From: an uncultured Desulfarculales bacterium | Lineage (GTDB): Bacteria; Desulfobacterota; Desulfarculia; Desulfarculales; JAHJDS01 | Assembly (NCBI GenBank): GCA_964569795.1 | Contig: CAZMVB010000001.1 | Location: 131,233-195,232, forward strand | Reading direction: 5' to 3' | DNA: 64,000 nt | In this document: in pieces, positions 45,800 through 56,673 of the stretch | Layout of the letters: each line of letters begins with the position of its first letter | How positions within the stretch are numbered: position 1 is the stretch's first letter | Notes under the pieces: generated by a model | What the model saw: only the letters and a program-made list of their open reading frames with translations | Databases searched by the model: none | Told to the model about the DNA's origin: nothing | Translations under genes and position numbers: made by a program

Positions 45800-46288
45800 G
45801 TTTCCCTCCCTTGTATTGGAGTCGTGGCCGGCCGGGCCTGACTCGGCTTTATCCGTTGACGGCCCTGGCCGGCCGGTTTCCCAACCGTGGACGGGTGCGC
45901 CAGACGATCTTCAGGCTGCGGCAACCGTCATCGAGTCACTATTCTGAAATTCTACTGATAAATGAACGGGTTAAAGCTGATGATCACGCTGCGCCACTGG
46001 TCGGGTTCAACTCGGAAAGAAGAAAGCGGGAACAATTCGGCCTTCGCTGGGGCCGGTCCTGTTTTTACCGGAGCCGCGCCACGTCACCGCCGATCCGATG
46101 GGGGATACAGCTCGCCACGGTTCAAACCGCCTTTTAGGTAATTTTGTATCATAGTTCCCATCAAAAGACAAGCCTTTTTTTATTTATAGACAATTTTTCG
46201 CGCGTGGTTGCCTGACGGTACATACGATTTTGATTTCGGTTCACACGGTGATAAAGTAACAAAGGTGGACCGGAGGAGGGGAGACATC

Positions 46289-47149
46289 GTGCCCAAACCG
46301 ACAGTCGCGACGTCTTTGCTGGCCCTGGTGGCCGGGTCAGTCTGGTTGGCTTCCGCGGCCCCGAAACATGACTGGCGGCCGGCCCAGGACCAGGTGGCGG
46401 CCGCCCGGAAAATCGGGACGCCGGTTTTTTTGACCAACTCCATCGGCATGAAGTTCGTCTTGATCCCGGCCGGCAGCTTCCTGATGGGCAGTCCCCCCAC
46501 CGAGCTGGAGCGGGAATACCATGAAGGCCCCCGGCACCGGGTGGTCATCAGCCGGGCGTTCTACCTGCAAAGCACCGAGGTGACCCAGGCCCAGTACCGG
46601 AAGATCATGGGCAAGAACCCGAGCCGCTTCAAGGGCTGCGATCAATGTCCGGTGGAGAGGATTTTGTACGACGACGCCTTGGAGTTCATCCGCCGCCTGA
46701 ACGCCCGGGAAAAGACCCAAAAATATCGCCTGCCGACCGAGGCCGAGTGGGAATACGCCTGCCGGGCCGGGACGACCACGCCGTTTTGGTTCGGGGCGAC
46801 CATTGCGACCGACCAGGCCAACTACAACGGCCACGTGGTATATGGTCCCGGCCGCAAGGGCGTCTGGCGGAAGAAGACCACACCGGTCGGCTCTTTTCCG
46901 CCGAACGGATGGGGTCTGTACGACATGCACGGCAATGTCTGGGAGTGGTGTCAAGACTGGTGGGGGGAACACTATTACGCCCATTCTCCGACCCGCGATC
47001 CCCAGGGGCCTTCGTCAGGCGAATACCGGGTATTGCGCGGCGGTGACTGGAACAGCGTTCCCGAGGCCCTGCGCTCGGCCCAACGGAACCCGGTGCCCCC
47101 CGACATCCCGTGGGGCGGAAACGGGTTTCGGGTCGTCAGGGATTATTGA
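46289..47149 (+). CDS. formylglycine-generating-enzyme (SUMF1/FGE) family protein, exported
   Basis: RLPTEAEWEYACRAG...GLYDMHGNVWEWC...RVLRGG FGE-sulfatase domain motifs. GTG start after GGAGGAGGGGAG. Confidence 0.8.
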   Translation: MPKPTVATSLLALVAGSVWLASAAPKHDWRPAQDQVAAARKIGTPVFLTNSIGMKFVLIPAGSFLMGSPPTELEREYHEGPRHRVVISRAFYLQSTEVTQAQYRKIMGKNPSRFKGCDQCPVERILYDDALEFIRRLNAREKTQKYRLPTEAEWEYACRAGTTTPFWFGATIATDQANYNGHVVYGPGRKGVWRKKTTPVGSFPPNGWGLYDMHGNVWEWCQDWWGEHYYAHSPTRDPQGPSSGEYRVLRGGDWNSVPEALRSAQRNPVPPDIPWGGNGFRVVRDY

Positions 47150-47196
47150 ACCTCGCCTGGTTGTCCGAGGTCGCTCGCGAACCGGAACGGCGAGCC

Positions 47197-48345
47197 TCAG
47201 GCCAGGGCCTGGTCAAAGTCGGCCATCAGGTCGGCCGTGTCCTCCAGGCCGATGGACACCCTGACCAGCCCCTCGGAGATCCCGGCCGCCTGGCGCTCGT
47301 CCGGGCTCAGGCCGGCGTGCGAGGTCGCCGCCGGCCGCGTCACGAGGGTCTCGACCCCGCCCAGGCTGGGGGCGATAAACGGCAACTCGACCTTGTTCAT
47401 GAAAGACTCGGCCGCGACCAGGCCCCCCGTAAGCTCGAAGCTGAGCATCCCCGGATAGCCGTCCAGGAGGGATTCCGCCCGGGCGTGGTCCGGGTTGCTC
47501 GGCAGGCCCGGATGAAAGACCCGGGCCACGGCCGGGTGCGCTTCCAGAAAACGGGCCATCTCCAGGGCGCTGGTGTGGTGATAGGCCATGCGCAGGGGCA
47601 GGGTTTTCAGTCCCCGGTGCAGCAGGAAGCAGGCGTGGGCGTCCAGGGAGCCCCCCAGGTGATTCATCTTGTGGGTGATCTTGACGATCATTTCCCGCGG
47701 GCCGAGGATGGCCCCGGCCACGATGTCCGAGTGGCCGTTCAGGTATTTCGTGCCCGAGTGGATGGACAGGTCAAAGCCGTGCTCGGCCGGCCGGAAGAAG
47801 ACCGGGCTGGCAAAGGTGTTGTCGATGATCGAGATCAGGCCGTTCTCTTTACAGAACTCCACGACCGCCGGAAGGTCCATGACCTGCATCAGGGGATTGG
47901 TGATCGTCTCGCAGTAAAAGGCCCGGGTGGTGGGACGCAGCAGATCGGTCCAGGTCTCGGGGCGGCCCGGGTCGATGAAGTCGTGGTCAATGCCCAGGCC
48001 GGGCAGGTCCTTGGTGATGAAGTCATAGGTCCCGCCGTAGAGGCAGTCCTGGCAGAGGACGTGGTCGCCTTTCTTAAGCACGGTCAGCAGGACGGCCGAG
48101 ACGGCGGCCATGCCGCTGGCCGTGACCAGGGCGTCCTCGGCGTTTTCCAGGGCGGCCAGCTTGGCGTGCAGGGCGAGGTGGTTGGGGGTGTTGTTGAGCC
48201 GCATGTAGCGGATGTCGTGATACGACCCCTGGCCGGCGTACTCGAAGGTCGAGGACTGAAACACGGGCACGCAGATGGCGCCCTCGATGGCCGGTCGGGG
48301 TTCGCCGGCGTGGATGGCCCTGGTGGCCGGCCCAAGTTTTTTCAT
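47197..48345 (-). CDS. PLP-dependent Cys/Met-metabolism enzyme (cystathionine gamma-synthase / methionine gamma-lyase family)
   Basis: 382 aa. ...SGMAA......DNTFASP...HSGTKYLNGHSD (PLP-Lys block). Confidence 0.85.
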   Translation of the reverse strand: MKKLGPATRAIHAGEPRPAIEGAICVPVFQSSTFEYAGQGSYHDIRYMRLNNTPNHLALHAKLAALENAEDALVTASGMAAVSAVLLTVLKKGDHVLCQDCLYGGTYDFITKDLPGLGIDHDFIDPGRPETWTDLLRPTTRAFYCETITNPLMQVMDLPAVVEFCKENGLISIIDNTFASPVFFRPAEHGFDLSIHSGTKYLNGHSDIVAGAILGPREMIVKITHKMNHLGGSLDAHACFLLHRGLKTLPLRMAYHHTSALEMARFLEAHPAVARVFHPGLPSNPDHARAESLLDGYPGMLSFELTGGLVAAESFMNKVELPFIAPSLGGVETLVTRPAATSHAGLSPDERQAAGISEGLVRVSIGLEDTADLMADFDQALA

Positions 48346-48410
48346 GGGGTACCTTCCAGGAATTTGTCATTCGGCCGGTTCACTGAACTCCCCTTGTAAA
48401 AGAAACGACA

Positions 48411-49937
48411 TCAGGCCGCCGAGGGGTCGGTCTCTCCTTGGGGATGCTTGACGAAGCGGTTGATGATCGTCCGGAGGTGATAGCCCGAGGCGGCCAGGCT
48501 CAGGGCCAGGCCCATCTTGGTCGGCCGGGTCAGGCCGACCTTGGTCACAAAGGTCCAGAAGGCCCGGCGACCGCGCTCCCGGACGCCCAGCCGCCAGAAC
48601 ACACGGGCCGCCGCCATCAGGTCCCGGCGGGTGACGCGCCGGAAAAAGCGCTTGCGGGGTCCGCGGACCAGGCCGCACTGCTTCAGAAAACTGCCCACCC
48701 GGCGGTAGTAGCTCCCCGGGTCGTAGAGCCGCCGCATCAGGGCCCGGTACCCGGCCAGCAGCCTTTCGCGACCCATCTTGGGCAAAAAATTCAAGGCCCC
48801 CTCGTCCAGGGCGTTGTTGCCCGTGGGCTGGCCCAACAGCCGGTTCTCCCTGTCCAGGCGCTGATACAGCCTGGTGCCCGGGCCGGCCGACAGCAGACCG
48901 ACCATGGCCGTGGGGATGCCGGCCTGCTCGATGAACCGGGCCTGGTCGTCGAAGATGGTCGGCGGGTCGGCGTCAAAGCCGACGATGAAGCCGCCCTTGA
49001 CGTCCAGGCCGTAACCCTGAATGGTCTTGACCGCGGACACCAGGTCCCGTTTCTGGTTCTGGCGTTTGTGGCACTCGGCCAGGGAATCGGCCGAGGGCGT
49101 CTCGATCCCGACGAACACGGTGTGGAAATTGGCCTCGGCGAACAGGGTCAGCAGTTCGGGATCGTCGGCCAGGTCGATGCTGGCCTCGGTGCTGAAGGAG
49201 AAGGGGTAGGCGTGGGACCGCTGCCAGTCAACCATGGCCCGCAGCACGGTCAGGGACCGTTTGCGGTTGCCGATGAAATTGTCGTCCACGATGTCCACCC
49301 GGCCCCGCCAGCCGCGCCGATACAGCGAGTCCAGCTCGGCCGCGACCTGGGTCGGGCCCTTGTACCGCGGCCGCCGCCCGAGCAGGGAGACGATGTCGCA
49401 GAACTCGCAGTCAAAGGGACACCCCCGCGAGAACTGGACCGGCATGGCCAGATATTTCTTGAAATCGATCAATTCCCACATGGGCGCCGGCGTTCGGTCC
49501 AGTTCAGGGTGGTCCTGGGCCTGGTACAGGGCCTCGGCCCGGCCCTGGTCTAGGTCCTTCAGGAACAGGGGCAGGACCTCCTCGGCCTCGCCCAGCAGGC
49601 AGTGATCGACCTGGTCCTGGAGGTGGTGATTGAACAGCGGACCGCCGCCCACCACCACCAGCCCGGCCGCCCTGGCCCGGTCGATCACCTCGGCGGCCGA
49701 GTCCCGCTGGATGATCATGCCGCTGACCATCACCAGGTCGGCCCAGGCCAGGTCGTCGTCGGTCAGGGCCTGAACGTTTTCATCGACGAGCCGCTTGGCC
49801 CAGGCCGGGGGCAGCATCGCCGCCACGGTCAGCAGCCCCAGGGGCGGCTCGGCCGCCTTGAGGCCCAGGAACCTCAGGGCCCGCCGGAAGCCCCAAAAGG
49901 TGTCCGGGAAGCGGGGATACACCAACAGGGCCTTCAT
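48411..49937 (-). CDS. B12-binding-domain radical SAM protein (DUF4070-type C-terminus)
   Basis: N-terminal cobalamin-binding-like Rossmann region, the FSRGCPFDCEFC radical-SAM motif, and start MKALLVYP after GGAGGAGGA. Confidence 0.8.
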   Translation of the reverse strand: MKALLVYPRFPDTFWGFRRALRFLGLKAAEPPLGLLTVAAMLPPAWAKRLVDENVQALTDDDLAWADLVMVSGMIIQRDSAAEVIDRARAAGLVVVGGGPLFNHHLQDQVDHCLLGEAEEVLPLFLKDLDQGRAEALYQAQDHPELDRTPAPMWELIDFKKYLAMPVQFSRGCPFDCEFCDIVSLLGRRPRYKGPTQVAAELDSLYRRGWRGRVDIVDDNFIGNRKRSLTVLRAMVDWQRSHAYPFSFSTEASIDLADDPELLTLFAEANFHTVFVGIETPSADSLAECHKRQNQKRDLVSAVKTIQGYGLDVKGGFIVGFDADPPTIFDDQARFIEQAGIPTAMVGLLSAGPGTRLYQRLDRENRLLGQPTGNNALDEGALNFLPKMGRERLLAGYRALMRRLYDPGSYYRRVGSFLKQCGLVRGPRKRFFRRVTRRDLMAAARVFWRLGVRERGRRAFWTFVTKVGLTRPTKMGLALSLAASGYHLRTIINRFVKHPQGETDPSAA

Positions 49938-50199
49938 TGTCCTCCTCCGTCCGCTAGAATTGCCTGGCTGGCCGTCTGGTGACGTTTGTGTTTTTGACAA
50001 ATAACAAACGAGATCGGGCCGGGGACTAAGCGGCGATGGACGTCACAAAAGGTAACCGGTCCGCCTCGGCTGATCGCGTTCAAACATAACACGTCGGGCC
50101 AAGAAATGGTACCTCTGGCCTGAGCCCCGCGACCGGCCCGGACCCGGACGCCTCCCGGGGACCCGTCAGTTCTTATTTTCAGGCCGCTGGACCGGCCGG

Positions 50200-50228
50200 T
50201 TCACAACAATGTAAACTTAGGCTATAAT
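50200..50228 (+). promoter_or_regulatory. sigma70 promoter TTCACA-17-TATAAT upstream of the histidine kinase
   Basis: TTCACA at 50200-50205 and TATAAT at 50223-50228. It leaves a ~320-nt leader. Confidence 0.5.
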
Positions 50229-50549
50229 AACGGTCAACATTCTGATCTCTCGGGGCTGACAAGTGAAGCTTGATCAAGATGTTTTGGTTCCCGGCGCCGG
50301 AGTCTGTCTCCGGCGCCTCTCAGTCCGGCGGGAGGGTGCCGACGCGCCCCGGGCATCGGTCGCCATTGATCCGGGGCCACGGCCGCCGGCCGGACCGAGC
50401 CGTCACGGTTCTCCTCGGGAAACCCGTCCGGAGACATCAGCCGCGGAACATGCAGCCTTCCAGGGGAAACAAACAATGTGCGCCCTGATCACGGCCCGTT
50501 TTCTGATCTCGATCCGACCCGGCAAGAGCGGCGGCCGGAGGATCGTCTG

Positions 50550-53528
50550 ATGCCCAGGAAACCGCCCCGTGATGATCTTTTCGTCAAACCCAAGATAGAG
50601 ATTGCCGGCATCACCATCGAGTGGGACGTCCGAAAGGGCACCTGCACCTTTGAACAGCTTCCCGTGGCCATGATGTGGGTTGACACCACCCTGGCGGGCC
50701 TGATGTCCGGGGTTCAGGCCATGGTCGGCACGGAGCGGTTCGCCCTGGCCCTCCAGGCCGAGGGGCGAAAAAGCGTCGAGTCCGACTGGGAGGTCATTTC
50801 CCGATTTTCGAAATTCGAAGATGGCTTCAAGGCGATCGCCGATATCGCCGCCGTGGCGGGCTGGGGAGAATGGAGGCTGCTGTCCGTAAACAGGCGGAAG
50901 AAGGAATGCCGCTTCCGGATAAAGGACAGTTGGGAAGGAAGGTACCAGAAGGCGCTGGGGGTCTGCTGGGGCAGCGGCATGCTGGCCGGCAAGCTGGCCG
51001 GTTACGCCTCCCGGCTCTTTTCGACCAACTGCTGGGCCGAGCAAACGTCGTTCATCGCCCAGGGGGAACCGGTCGATGAATTCGTGGTGAGGGCCTCGGA
51101 ACGCACGATTGAAAAGGAAATCGAAGACCTGCTGGTCACCGACGAGGCGACCAAGGCCGACATGGCCATCGCCCTCAACAACCTGCAGACGGAAATAGGC
51201 GAGCGACGGCGGGCCGAGGAGGAGATGGTCAAGGAGCGGAACCTGTCCCGGGTGATGTTCGACAGCCTGCCGGGCGTGTTCTACCTGTTCGACCGGGAAG
51301 GACGGTTTCTGCGCTGGAACAAGGCCTTCGAGACGGTCACCGGTTATTCCTCCGCCGAGATCTCACGGCTCCACCCGGTCGATCTGTTTCGGGGTCCGGA
51401 CCGGGAACTGATCGCCGACCGCATCCGGCTGTCCCTCAAGACCGGCATGGCCGACGCCGAGGCCGAGATCGTGTCCCAGGACGGTCGGGCCACTCCCTAT
51501 TACTTCACCGGGAGACGCATCGAGATCGACGGCCGGACCTGTATCATCGGCATGGGCGTCGATATCAGCGAGCGGATTCGGGCCGAGAGGGCGCTCCGGG
51601 AGAGCGAGGAAAAACACCGGTTCCTGACCGAGAACATGGCCGATATCATCTGGACCATTGGTCTGGACATGAAAACCACCTATGTCAGCCCCTCCATCGA
51701 GAAGGTCCTGGGGTTCACGCCCGAGGAACGTGTCCGGCAGAAATTGGAGGAAGTGATCACGCCGGGGTCGTATCAGCGGGTCATGGCCCGGTTCCAGGAC
51801 GAGCTTGCCCGCGAGGGGGAGCCGGGGGCCGATCCGGACCGAGACGTGACCCTTGAAACCGAGTACTACCGCCGCGACGGCTCGACCGTCTGGATGGAAA
51901 ACCGGGTCCAGGCCTTGAGGGATCAGACCGGCGCCATGGTGGGCATGTACGGCGTCTCGCGCGATATCACCCAGCGCAAGCGGGCCGAGGAGGACCTGGC
52001 GCGGACTCTTGGCCTGTTCGAGGCCATCTTCCAGCATCACCCCAATCCGCTGGTCCTGGTTCGCCGGGACGACGGCCTGGTGCGGATGGTCAATCGAGCC
52101 TTTGAACGGGAGTGGGGTTTTCGGCAGGACGAGGTCACCGGCTGGTCCGCCCGGACTTTTTACGCCGATCCGGCCAGTCGGGACGAGATGCTGGCCCGCC
52201 TGGCCCGGGAGGGCACCCTGCGCGACTTCGAGAGCCTGGGGCGCAGGGCGGACGGGACCACGGCCCCGGTGCTGCTGAGCGTCGAGCCGGTGGACATCGC
52301 GGGCGAGGCCCACCTGATCGTGGCCTTCCAGGACGTCACCCGGCGCAAGGTGGAGGAGGAGGAAAAGGACCGGCTGGAGAGGCAACTCCGTCAGGCCCAG
52401 AAACTGGAGGCCATCGGCCGCCTGGCCGGGGGCATGGCCCATGACTTCAACAACCTCCTGGCGGTAATCATGGGCTACAGCCAGCTGGTCCTGCGGCGGG
52501 TCCGGCACGATGCCCCCTTTCGCCAGGAACTGGAGGCCATCGACCAGGCCAGCGGGCGGGCCGCCTCCCTGATCCGCCAGTTGCTGGCCTTTTCCCGCCG
52601 GCAGATCCTCCAGCCCGAGGTCCTCGATCTCAATCGCCTGGTGTCCGACACCGAGCAGATGCTGCGCCGCCTGATCGGGGAGGACATCGACCTGATCACC
52701 TTCCTGGAACCGGATCTGGGCCGGGTCCAGGCCGACCGCGGACAGATCGAGCAGTTGATCGTCAACCTGGCCGTGAACGCCCGGGACGCCATCGACGGCA
52801 TCGGCAAGGTGACCATCGAAACGGCCGACGTCTATCTGGACGAGGCCTACTGTCGCGAACACACTGACGCCTCGCCCGGCCGTCACGCCATGCTGGCCCT
52901 GAGCGACACCGGGCAGGGGATGGACGAGGACACCAAGTCGAGGATCTTCGATCCCTTCTTCACCACCAAGGACCCGGACAAGGGGACCGGCCTGGGGCTG
53001 GCCACGGTTTACGGCATCGTCAAGCAGAGCGGCGGCGCCATCTACGTTTACAGCGAGCCGGGGCAGGGGACGACGTTCAAGATCTATCTGCCCGTGGTCG
53101 AGGACGAGGAGACGGCGCCCCCGCCCGAGCCCGAGGAGGAGTCCTTTCCGCGGGGCACGGAAACGGTCCTGGTGGTCGAGGACGAGGACGGCGTCCGCAA
53201 ATTCATCCTGGACGTCCTGCGGTACGCCGGCTACACGGTCCTCGAGGCCCGCCACGGCGTCGAGGCCCTGGAGGTCTGCCAGGGGAGCCGGGAGCCGATT
53301 CATCTGGTGATCACCGACGTGGTCATGCCCCGGATGAGCGGACGTGAACTGGGCAAGTCGCTGGCCGAGACTTGTCCGGACACCAGGGTTCTCTTCATGT
53401 CCGGATACACCGACAACGCCGTCGTTCACCACGGCATGCTGGATCAGGGGATCAATTTCATCGCCAAGCCGTTCACGCCCGCGGCCCTGGCCCAAAAGAT
53501 ACGCAAAATTCTCGACGACCAGGCCTGA
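50550..53528 (+). CDS. hybrid sensor histidine kinase: N-terminal V4R-like domain, 3 PAS, HisKA, HATPase_c, receiver
   Basis: Start at MPRKPPRDD after GGAGG. Three PAS-like blocks, H-box [10 protein letters not shown]-boxes DTGQGM / GTGLGL, and C-terminal VLVVEDED...ITDVVMP receiver. Confidence 0.85.
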   Translation: MPRKPPRDDLFVKPKIEIAGITIEWDVRKGTCTFEQLPVAMMWVDTTLAGLMSGVQAMVGTERFALALQAEGRKSVESDWEVISRFSKFEDGFKAIADIAAVAGWGEWRLLSVNRRKKECRFRIKDSWEGRYQKALGVCWGSGMLAGKLAGYASRLFSTNCWAEQTSFIAQGEPVDEFVVRASERTIEKEIEDLLVTDEATKADMAIALNNLQTEIGERRRAEEEMVKERNLSRVMFDSLPGVFYLFDREGRFLRWNKAFETVTGYSSAEISRLHPVDLFRGPDRELIADRIRLSLKTGMADAEAEIVSQDGRATPYYFTGRRIEIDGRTCIIGMGVDISERIRAERALRESEEKHRFLTENMADIIWTIGLDMKTTYVSPSIEKVLGFTPEERVRQKLEEVITPGSYQRVMARFQDELAREGEPGADPDRDVTLETEYYRRDGSTVWMENRVQALRDQTGAMVGMYGVSRDITQRKRAEEDLARTLGLFEAIFQHHPNPLVLVRRDDGLVRMVNRAFEREWGFRQDEVTGWSARTFYADPASRDEMLARLAREGTLRDFESLGRRADGTTAPVLLSVEPVDIAGEAHLIVAFQDVTRRKVEEEEKDRLERQLRQAQKLEAIGRLAGGMAHDFNNLLAVIMGYSQLVLRRVRHDAPFRQELEAIDQASGRAASLIRQLLAFSRRQILQPEVLDLNRLVSDTEQMLRRLIGEDIDLITFLEPDLGRVQADRGQIEQLIVNLAVNARDAIDGIGKVTIETADVYLDEAYCREHTDASPGRHAMLALSDTGQGMDEDTKSRIFDPFFTTKDPDKGTGLGLATVYGIVKQSGGAIYVYSEPGQGTTFKIYLPVVEDEETAPPPEPEEESFPRGTETVLVVEDEDGVRKFILDVLRYAGYTVLEARHGVEALEVCQGSREPIHLVITDVVMPRMSGRELGKSLAETCPDTRVLFMSGYTDNAVVHHGMLDQGINFIAKPFTPAALAQKIRKILDDQA

Positions 53529-53589
53529 ATCCGGGTGAGGCCGCCCGCCGCAGCTTGACACCCCGCGGCCCGCCAGGAACAATAGCGCC

Positions 53590-54783
53590 ATGACCGTTGA
53601 TTCCGCCGATCAAGACCCGGCCGGGCGGCTGCTTTTGCGCCGGCGGGAACTGGACGCGGCCGAGGACCGGGAACTGTCGCCCCTGGCCGCCCGCAGCCGG
53701 GACGCCGTCCGCCGCCGGCCAGACCCCCGGGCCGAGGCCGGACACCGCCAGAACTACGCCCTCGACGCCGACCGGATCCTGCACTCCATGGCCTACACCC
53801 GCTACATCGACAAGACCCAGGTCTTTTCGCTCATAAAAAACGACCAGATCACCCACCGGGTGCTCCACGTCCAGCTCGTCTCGAAAATTGCCCGGACCAT
53901 CGGCCGCCTCCTGGGGGCCAACCAGGACCTGATCGAGGCCATCGCCCTGGGCCACGACATCGGCCATCCCCCCTTCGGACACGACGGCGAGTCGTTTTTG
54001 GACCGGCTCTGTCAGGACCATGGCCTGGGGCACTTCGTGCACAGCGTCCAGTCGGTTCGCTTTCTGGAAAATATCGAGCGGGGAGGGCAGGGCTGGAATC
54101 TTTCGCTACAGGTCCTGGACGGGATCCTGTGCCACGACGGCGAGGTCCACGACCAGGGGCTCGTGCCCGAGCGGGACAAGGACTTTGCCCGGTTGGACCG
54201 GGAGGCCGCGGCCAAGCGGGCCGAACCGGCCGTCAGACTGGCGCCCATGACCCTGGAGGGATGCATTGTCCGCCAGGCCGACACCATCAGCTACATCGGC
54301 CGGGACATCGAGGACGCGGTCCGCCTGGGGCTCTTGACCTGGGACGACGTGCCCCGGGAATGTACCGACGTCCTGGGCGTGGGCAACGGGACGATCGTCT
54401 ATCGGCTGGTGGAGGACCTGGTGGCCGCCAGCGCCAGGGGGGCGGCGGTCGCCTTCAGCGATGAGGTCTCCCGGGCCCTTAAGGGCCTCAAGAAGTTCAA
54501 CTACGAGCGGATCTACACCAACCCGAAGATCAAACCCCACCTGGCCCAGGCCGAGAACATGTACCGGACCCTTTTCGAAAAATTTAGGGGTGACGTGGAG
54601 GCTGGCCGGGAGGGCTCGGTGATATTCACCGATTTCCTGGCCGGAATGGACCGGGAATATCTGGACTCGACCCGTCCGGCCGAGAAGGTGCGTGACTTTC
54701 TGGCCGGTCTGACGGACGAGCGTTTTGTGGAGCTGTTTCAGGACGAGGTTCTGCCCCGGTCCCTGCCCCGCCGTTTTTTATAG
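53590..54783 (+). CDS. dGTPase-family HD-domain triphosphohydrolase-like protein
   Basis: DADRILHSMAYTRYIDKTQVF...THRVLHVQLV...LGHDIGHPPFGHDGE motifs. Confidence 0.8.
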   Translation: MTVDSADQDPAGRLLLRRRELDAAEDRELSPLAARSRDAVRRRPDPRAEAGHRQNYALDADRILHSMAYTRYIDKTQVFSLIKNDQITHRVLHVQLVSKIARTIGRLLGANQDLIEAIALGHDIGHPPFGHDGESFLDRLCQDHGLGHFVHSVQSVRFLENIERGGQGWNLSLQVLDGILCHDGEVHDQGLVPERDKDFARLDREAAAKRAEPAVRLAPMTLEGCIVRQADTISYIGRDIEDAVRLGLLTWDDVPRECTDVLGVGNGTIVYRLVEDLVAASARGAAVAFSDEVSRALKGLKKFNYERIYTNPKIKPHLAQAENMYRTLFEKFRGDVEAGREGSVIFTDFLAGMDREYLDSTRPAEKVRDFLAGLTDERFVELFQDEVLPRSLPRRFL

Positions 54784-54898
54784 TAATATTTGTCAGTTTT
54801 GTAGGATTACCCACCATTTTCGTCTGACCTCCGGCCCGGAATTTGATTTGTCATGTATTGACTTCTCATTATATGATCCGGTCTGTTTCAGGTCTGAG

Positions 54899-54932
54899 CC
54901 AGGGGCGGATCAGTCCCCCTGGGCCTTTTTTT
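54899..54932 (+). terminator. rho-independent terminator
   Basis: Stem CCAGGGG/CCCCTGG followed by GCC plus a run of 7 T. Confidence 0.7.
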
Positions 54933-54933
54933 C

Positions 54934-54962
54934 TTGACACATTACTTTAGGTTCAATATATA
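54934..54962 (+). promoter_or_regulatory. sigma70 promoter TTGACA-17-TATATA for the HD-GYP gene
   Basis: TTGACA at 54934-54939 and TATATA at 54957-54962. Confidence 0.55.
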
Positions 54963-55115
54963 ACAAGTCAGAACAACATTAAAAAGGGTGCCGGTGACCA
55001 CAGGTGGCCGGCCCCCTGAACGGACTGACCCGGCCCCAGCCACCGCCCCGGCCCTCCCCGGTGACGGAGGCCGCACCACCTGTCAGGGGCCAGACTCCGC
55101 GCTCACGGAGGCCGT

Positions 55116-56228
55116 GTGCACTTTGCCGCCGCCAACGTCTCGCCCCTGCCCGCGGCCCCCATCGAGGCCGGCCGCTTTGATCAGGCGGCCCACGACCTGC
55201 GGTCCATGCCCCTGGAGGACCTGGCCCCCGGGGTGCCCCTGCCCGCGGACATCTTCGTCCCCGGCCTGAACCAGGCCGATCAGTCGGTGGTGCCCACCCG
55301 GGTCTTCGCCGCCGGGGAGTCGCCCGCCGGCGCCCGCCTGGACCGGTTCCGCCGGGCGGGGTTCACCCGGGTCTATTTCCTTCGCCGCGACCAGGAGGCC
55401 CTCCTGGACTACCTGGTGATCCGGGCCCGGGAGGTGGTGGCCGACCCGGCCCTGAGCCCCGAGCAGCAGGCCGCGGTCCTGTGCGAAAACGCCCTGTATC
55501 TGGTCGAGGCCGCCCTGACCCTGCCCCACATGGGTCCCAACATCCGCCGGGGCCGGGACTTGATCCAGAGCGTGGTCCGGTTCGTGACCGGGATCCCCCA
55601 GGCCTCGGCCGCCCTGGTCGGCCTGCTCCGGGTCGATTACACCTGGTATCACCACTCGGTCAACGTCTGCCTTTTGTCCGTGGCCTTCGGCCATTTCCTG
55701 GGCATGCAACCGGAGGACATCGAGGTCCTCGGCCTGGGAACGCTGCTCCACGACATCGGCAAGCGCGAGGTGCCGGCCGAGGTCCTGGCCAAGCCCGGGC
55801 CCCTGTCCGGACCCGAGCGGGAGATCATGCGCCAGCACCCGGTCACCGGGGCCTGGACCCTGGAGAAGATCCCCGAGGTGCCCACCGGCGCGGTCCGCAT
55901 CGTCCGCCATCACCACGAGAACATGGACGGCAGCGGCTATCCCGACGGCCTGACCGAGGTCTGGCTCGAGCCCACCATCCGTCTCATCCGCATCGTCGAT
56001 TCCTATGACGCGGTCACCTCCAATCGCTGCTACCAGACCGCCCAGACCGCCTTCGAGGGCCTCAAGGTCATCCGGCGCGAGATGAACGGCAAGATTTCGG
56101 GCGAGATGTTCCAGTCCTTCATCTCCTTTCTGGGGCACGTCAATCCCGACAACCGGGAGCGCGCCGCCGGGACCCCGGACCGCCTGGCCCGGATGAGCGT
56201 CCTGCCCGGCGGCCGGACCGTCCACTGA
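55116..56228 (+). CDS. HD-GYP-domain c-di-GMP phosphodiesterase-like protein
   Basis: HHSVNV...LLHDIGK...HHHENMDGSGYPDGL (HD and GYP motifs). GTG start after GGAGG; an in-frame stop lies at 55062. Confidence 0.85.
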   Translation: MHFAAANVSPLPAAPIEAGRFDQAAHDLRSMPLEDLAPGVPLPADIFVPGLNQADQSVVPTRVFAAGESPAGARLDRFRRAGFTRVYFLRRDQEALLDYLVIRAREVVADPALSPEQQAAVLCENALYLVEAALTLPHMGPNIRRGRDLIQSVVRFVTGIPQASAALVGLLRVDYTWYHHSVNVCLLSVAFGHFLGMQPEDIEVLGLGTLLHDIGKREVPAEVLAKPGPLSGPEREIMRQHPVTGAWTLEKIPEVPTGAVRIVRHHHENMDGSGYPDGLTEVWLEPTIRLIRIVDSYDAVTSNRCYQTAQTAFEGLKVIRREMNGKISGEMFQSFISFLGHVNPDNRERAAGTPDRLARMSVLPGGRTVH

Positions 56229-56369
56229 CCGGCCCCGGCGGTTTAACGAACGCCCTGTTCGATAAACGCCCCACAAATTTTACCGGCCGGGCGTCGAATC
56301 GCCCTTGACAACCGTGGGCGATCGTGGCAAAAAAAGGATGCCTTCACGAGCAGGGCGTCTCAATCTCGA

Positions 56370-56410
56370 CCGGCGCCATGGATTGAGCCGGGCGCCAGGC
56401 GTTTTTTTTT
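56370..56410 (+). terminator. candidate rho-independent terminator
   Basis: CCGGCGCC...GGCGCC(A)GG stem (one bulge), followed by a run of 9 T at 56402-56410. Confidence 0.5.
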
Positions 56411-56673
56411 GACGACGTTCTCCGAGGCTTGAATCTGCGGCAGGGGGAGTAGTTGTTTGGGTTGGGGGGAGCCACCGCGGTGGTAAATGGACAACCGACT
56501 CCGATTCGCCGTTTCAAGATAGTCGATTTCAGACAGACTGATTCCTCGCCCGTCGGCGTCGTTCCGGGGGTTGTCTCGGACTGACCGGCCGGAGAGGAAA
56601 CGACCGTCCGCCCGGATTCCGGGGAGGCCCGCCGCCGCCCGGACCGGGCCAGTAACGAGGGGACCAGACCAAG

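Noticed and set aside
46090-46125. GGTTCAAACCG, resembling a tRNA T-arm, in the 45800-46288 intergenic region.
   Set aside because: The flanking bases cannot form a 5-bp T-stem, and no acceptor or anticodon arms can be drawn. No tRNA is called anywhere in the window.
53590-54783. dGTPase-family protein considered as an anti-phage dNTP-depletion defence gene.
   Set aside because: It has native-looking composition, no mobile or defence neighbours, and the ordinary Dgt-like motif set. That is most consistent with the widespread housekeeping dGTPase-like family. The sequence alone cannot exclude a defence role.
56305-56333. A TTGACA hexamer downstream of the HD-GYP gene, considered as a promoter for an sRNA ending at the T9 terminator.
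   Set aside because: No acceptable -10 element lies at 16-19 nt (only CAAAAA/AAAAAA). The terminator is more simply the end of the HD-GYP transcript.
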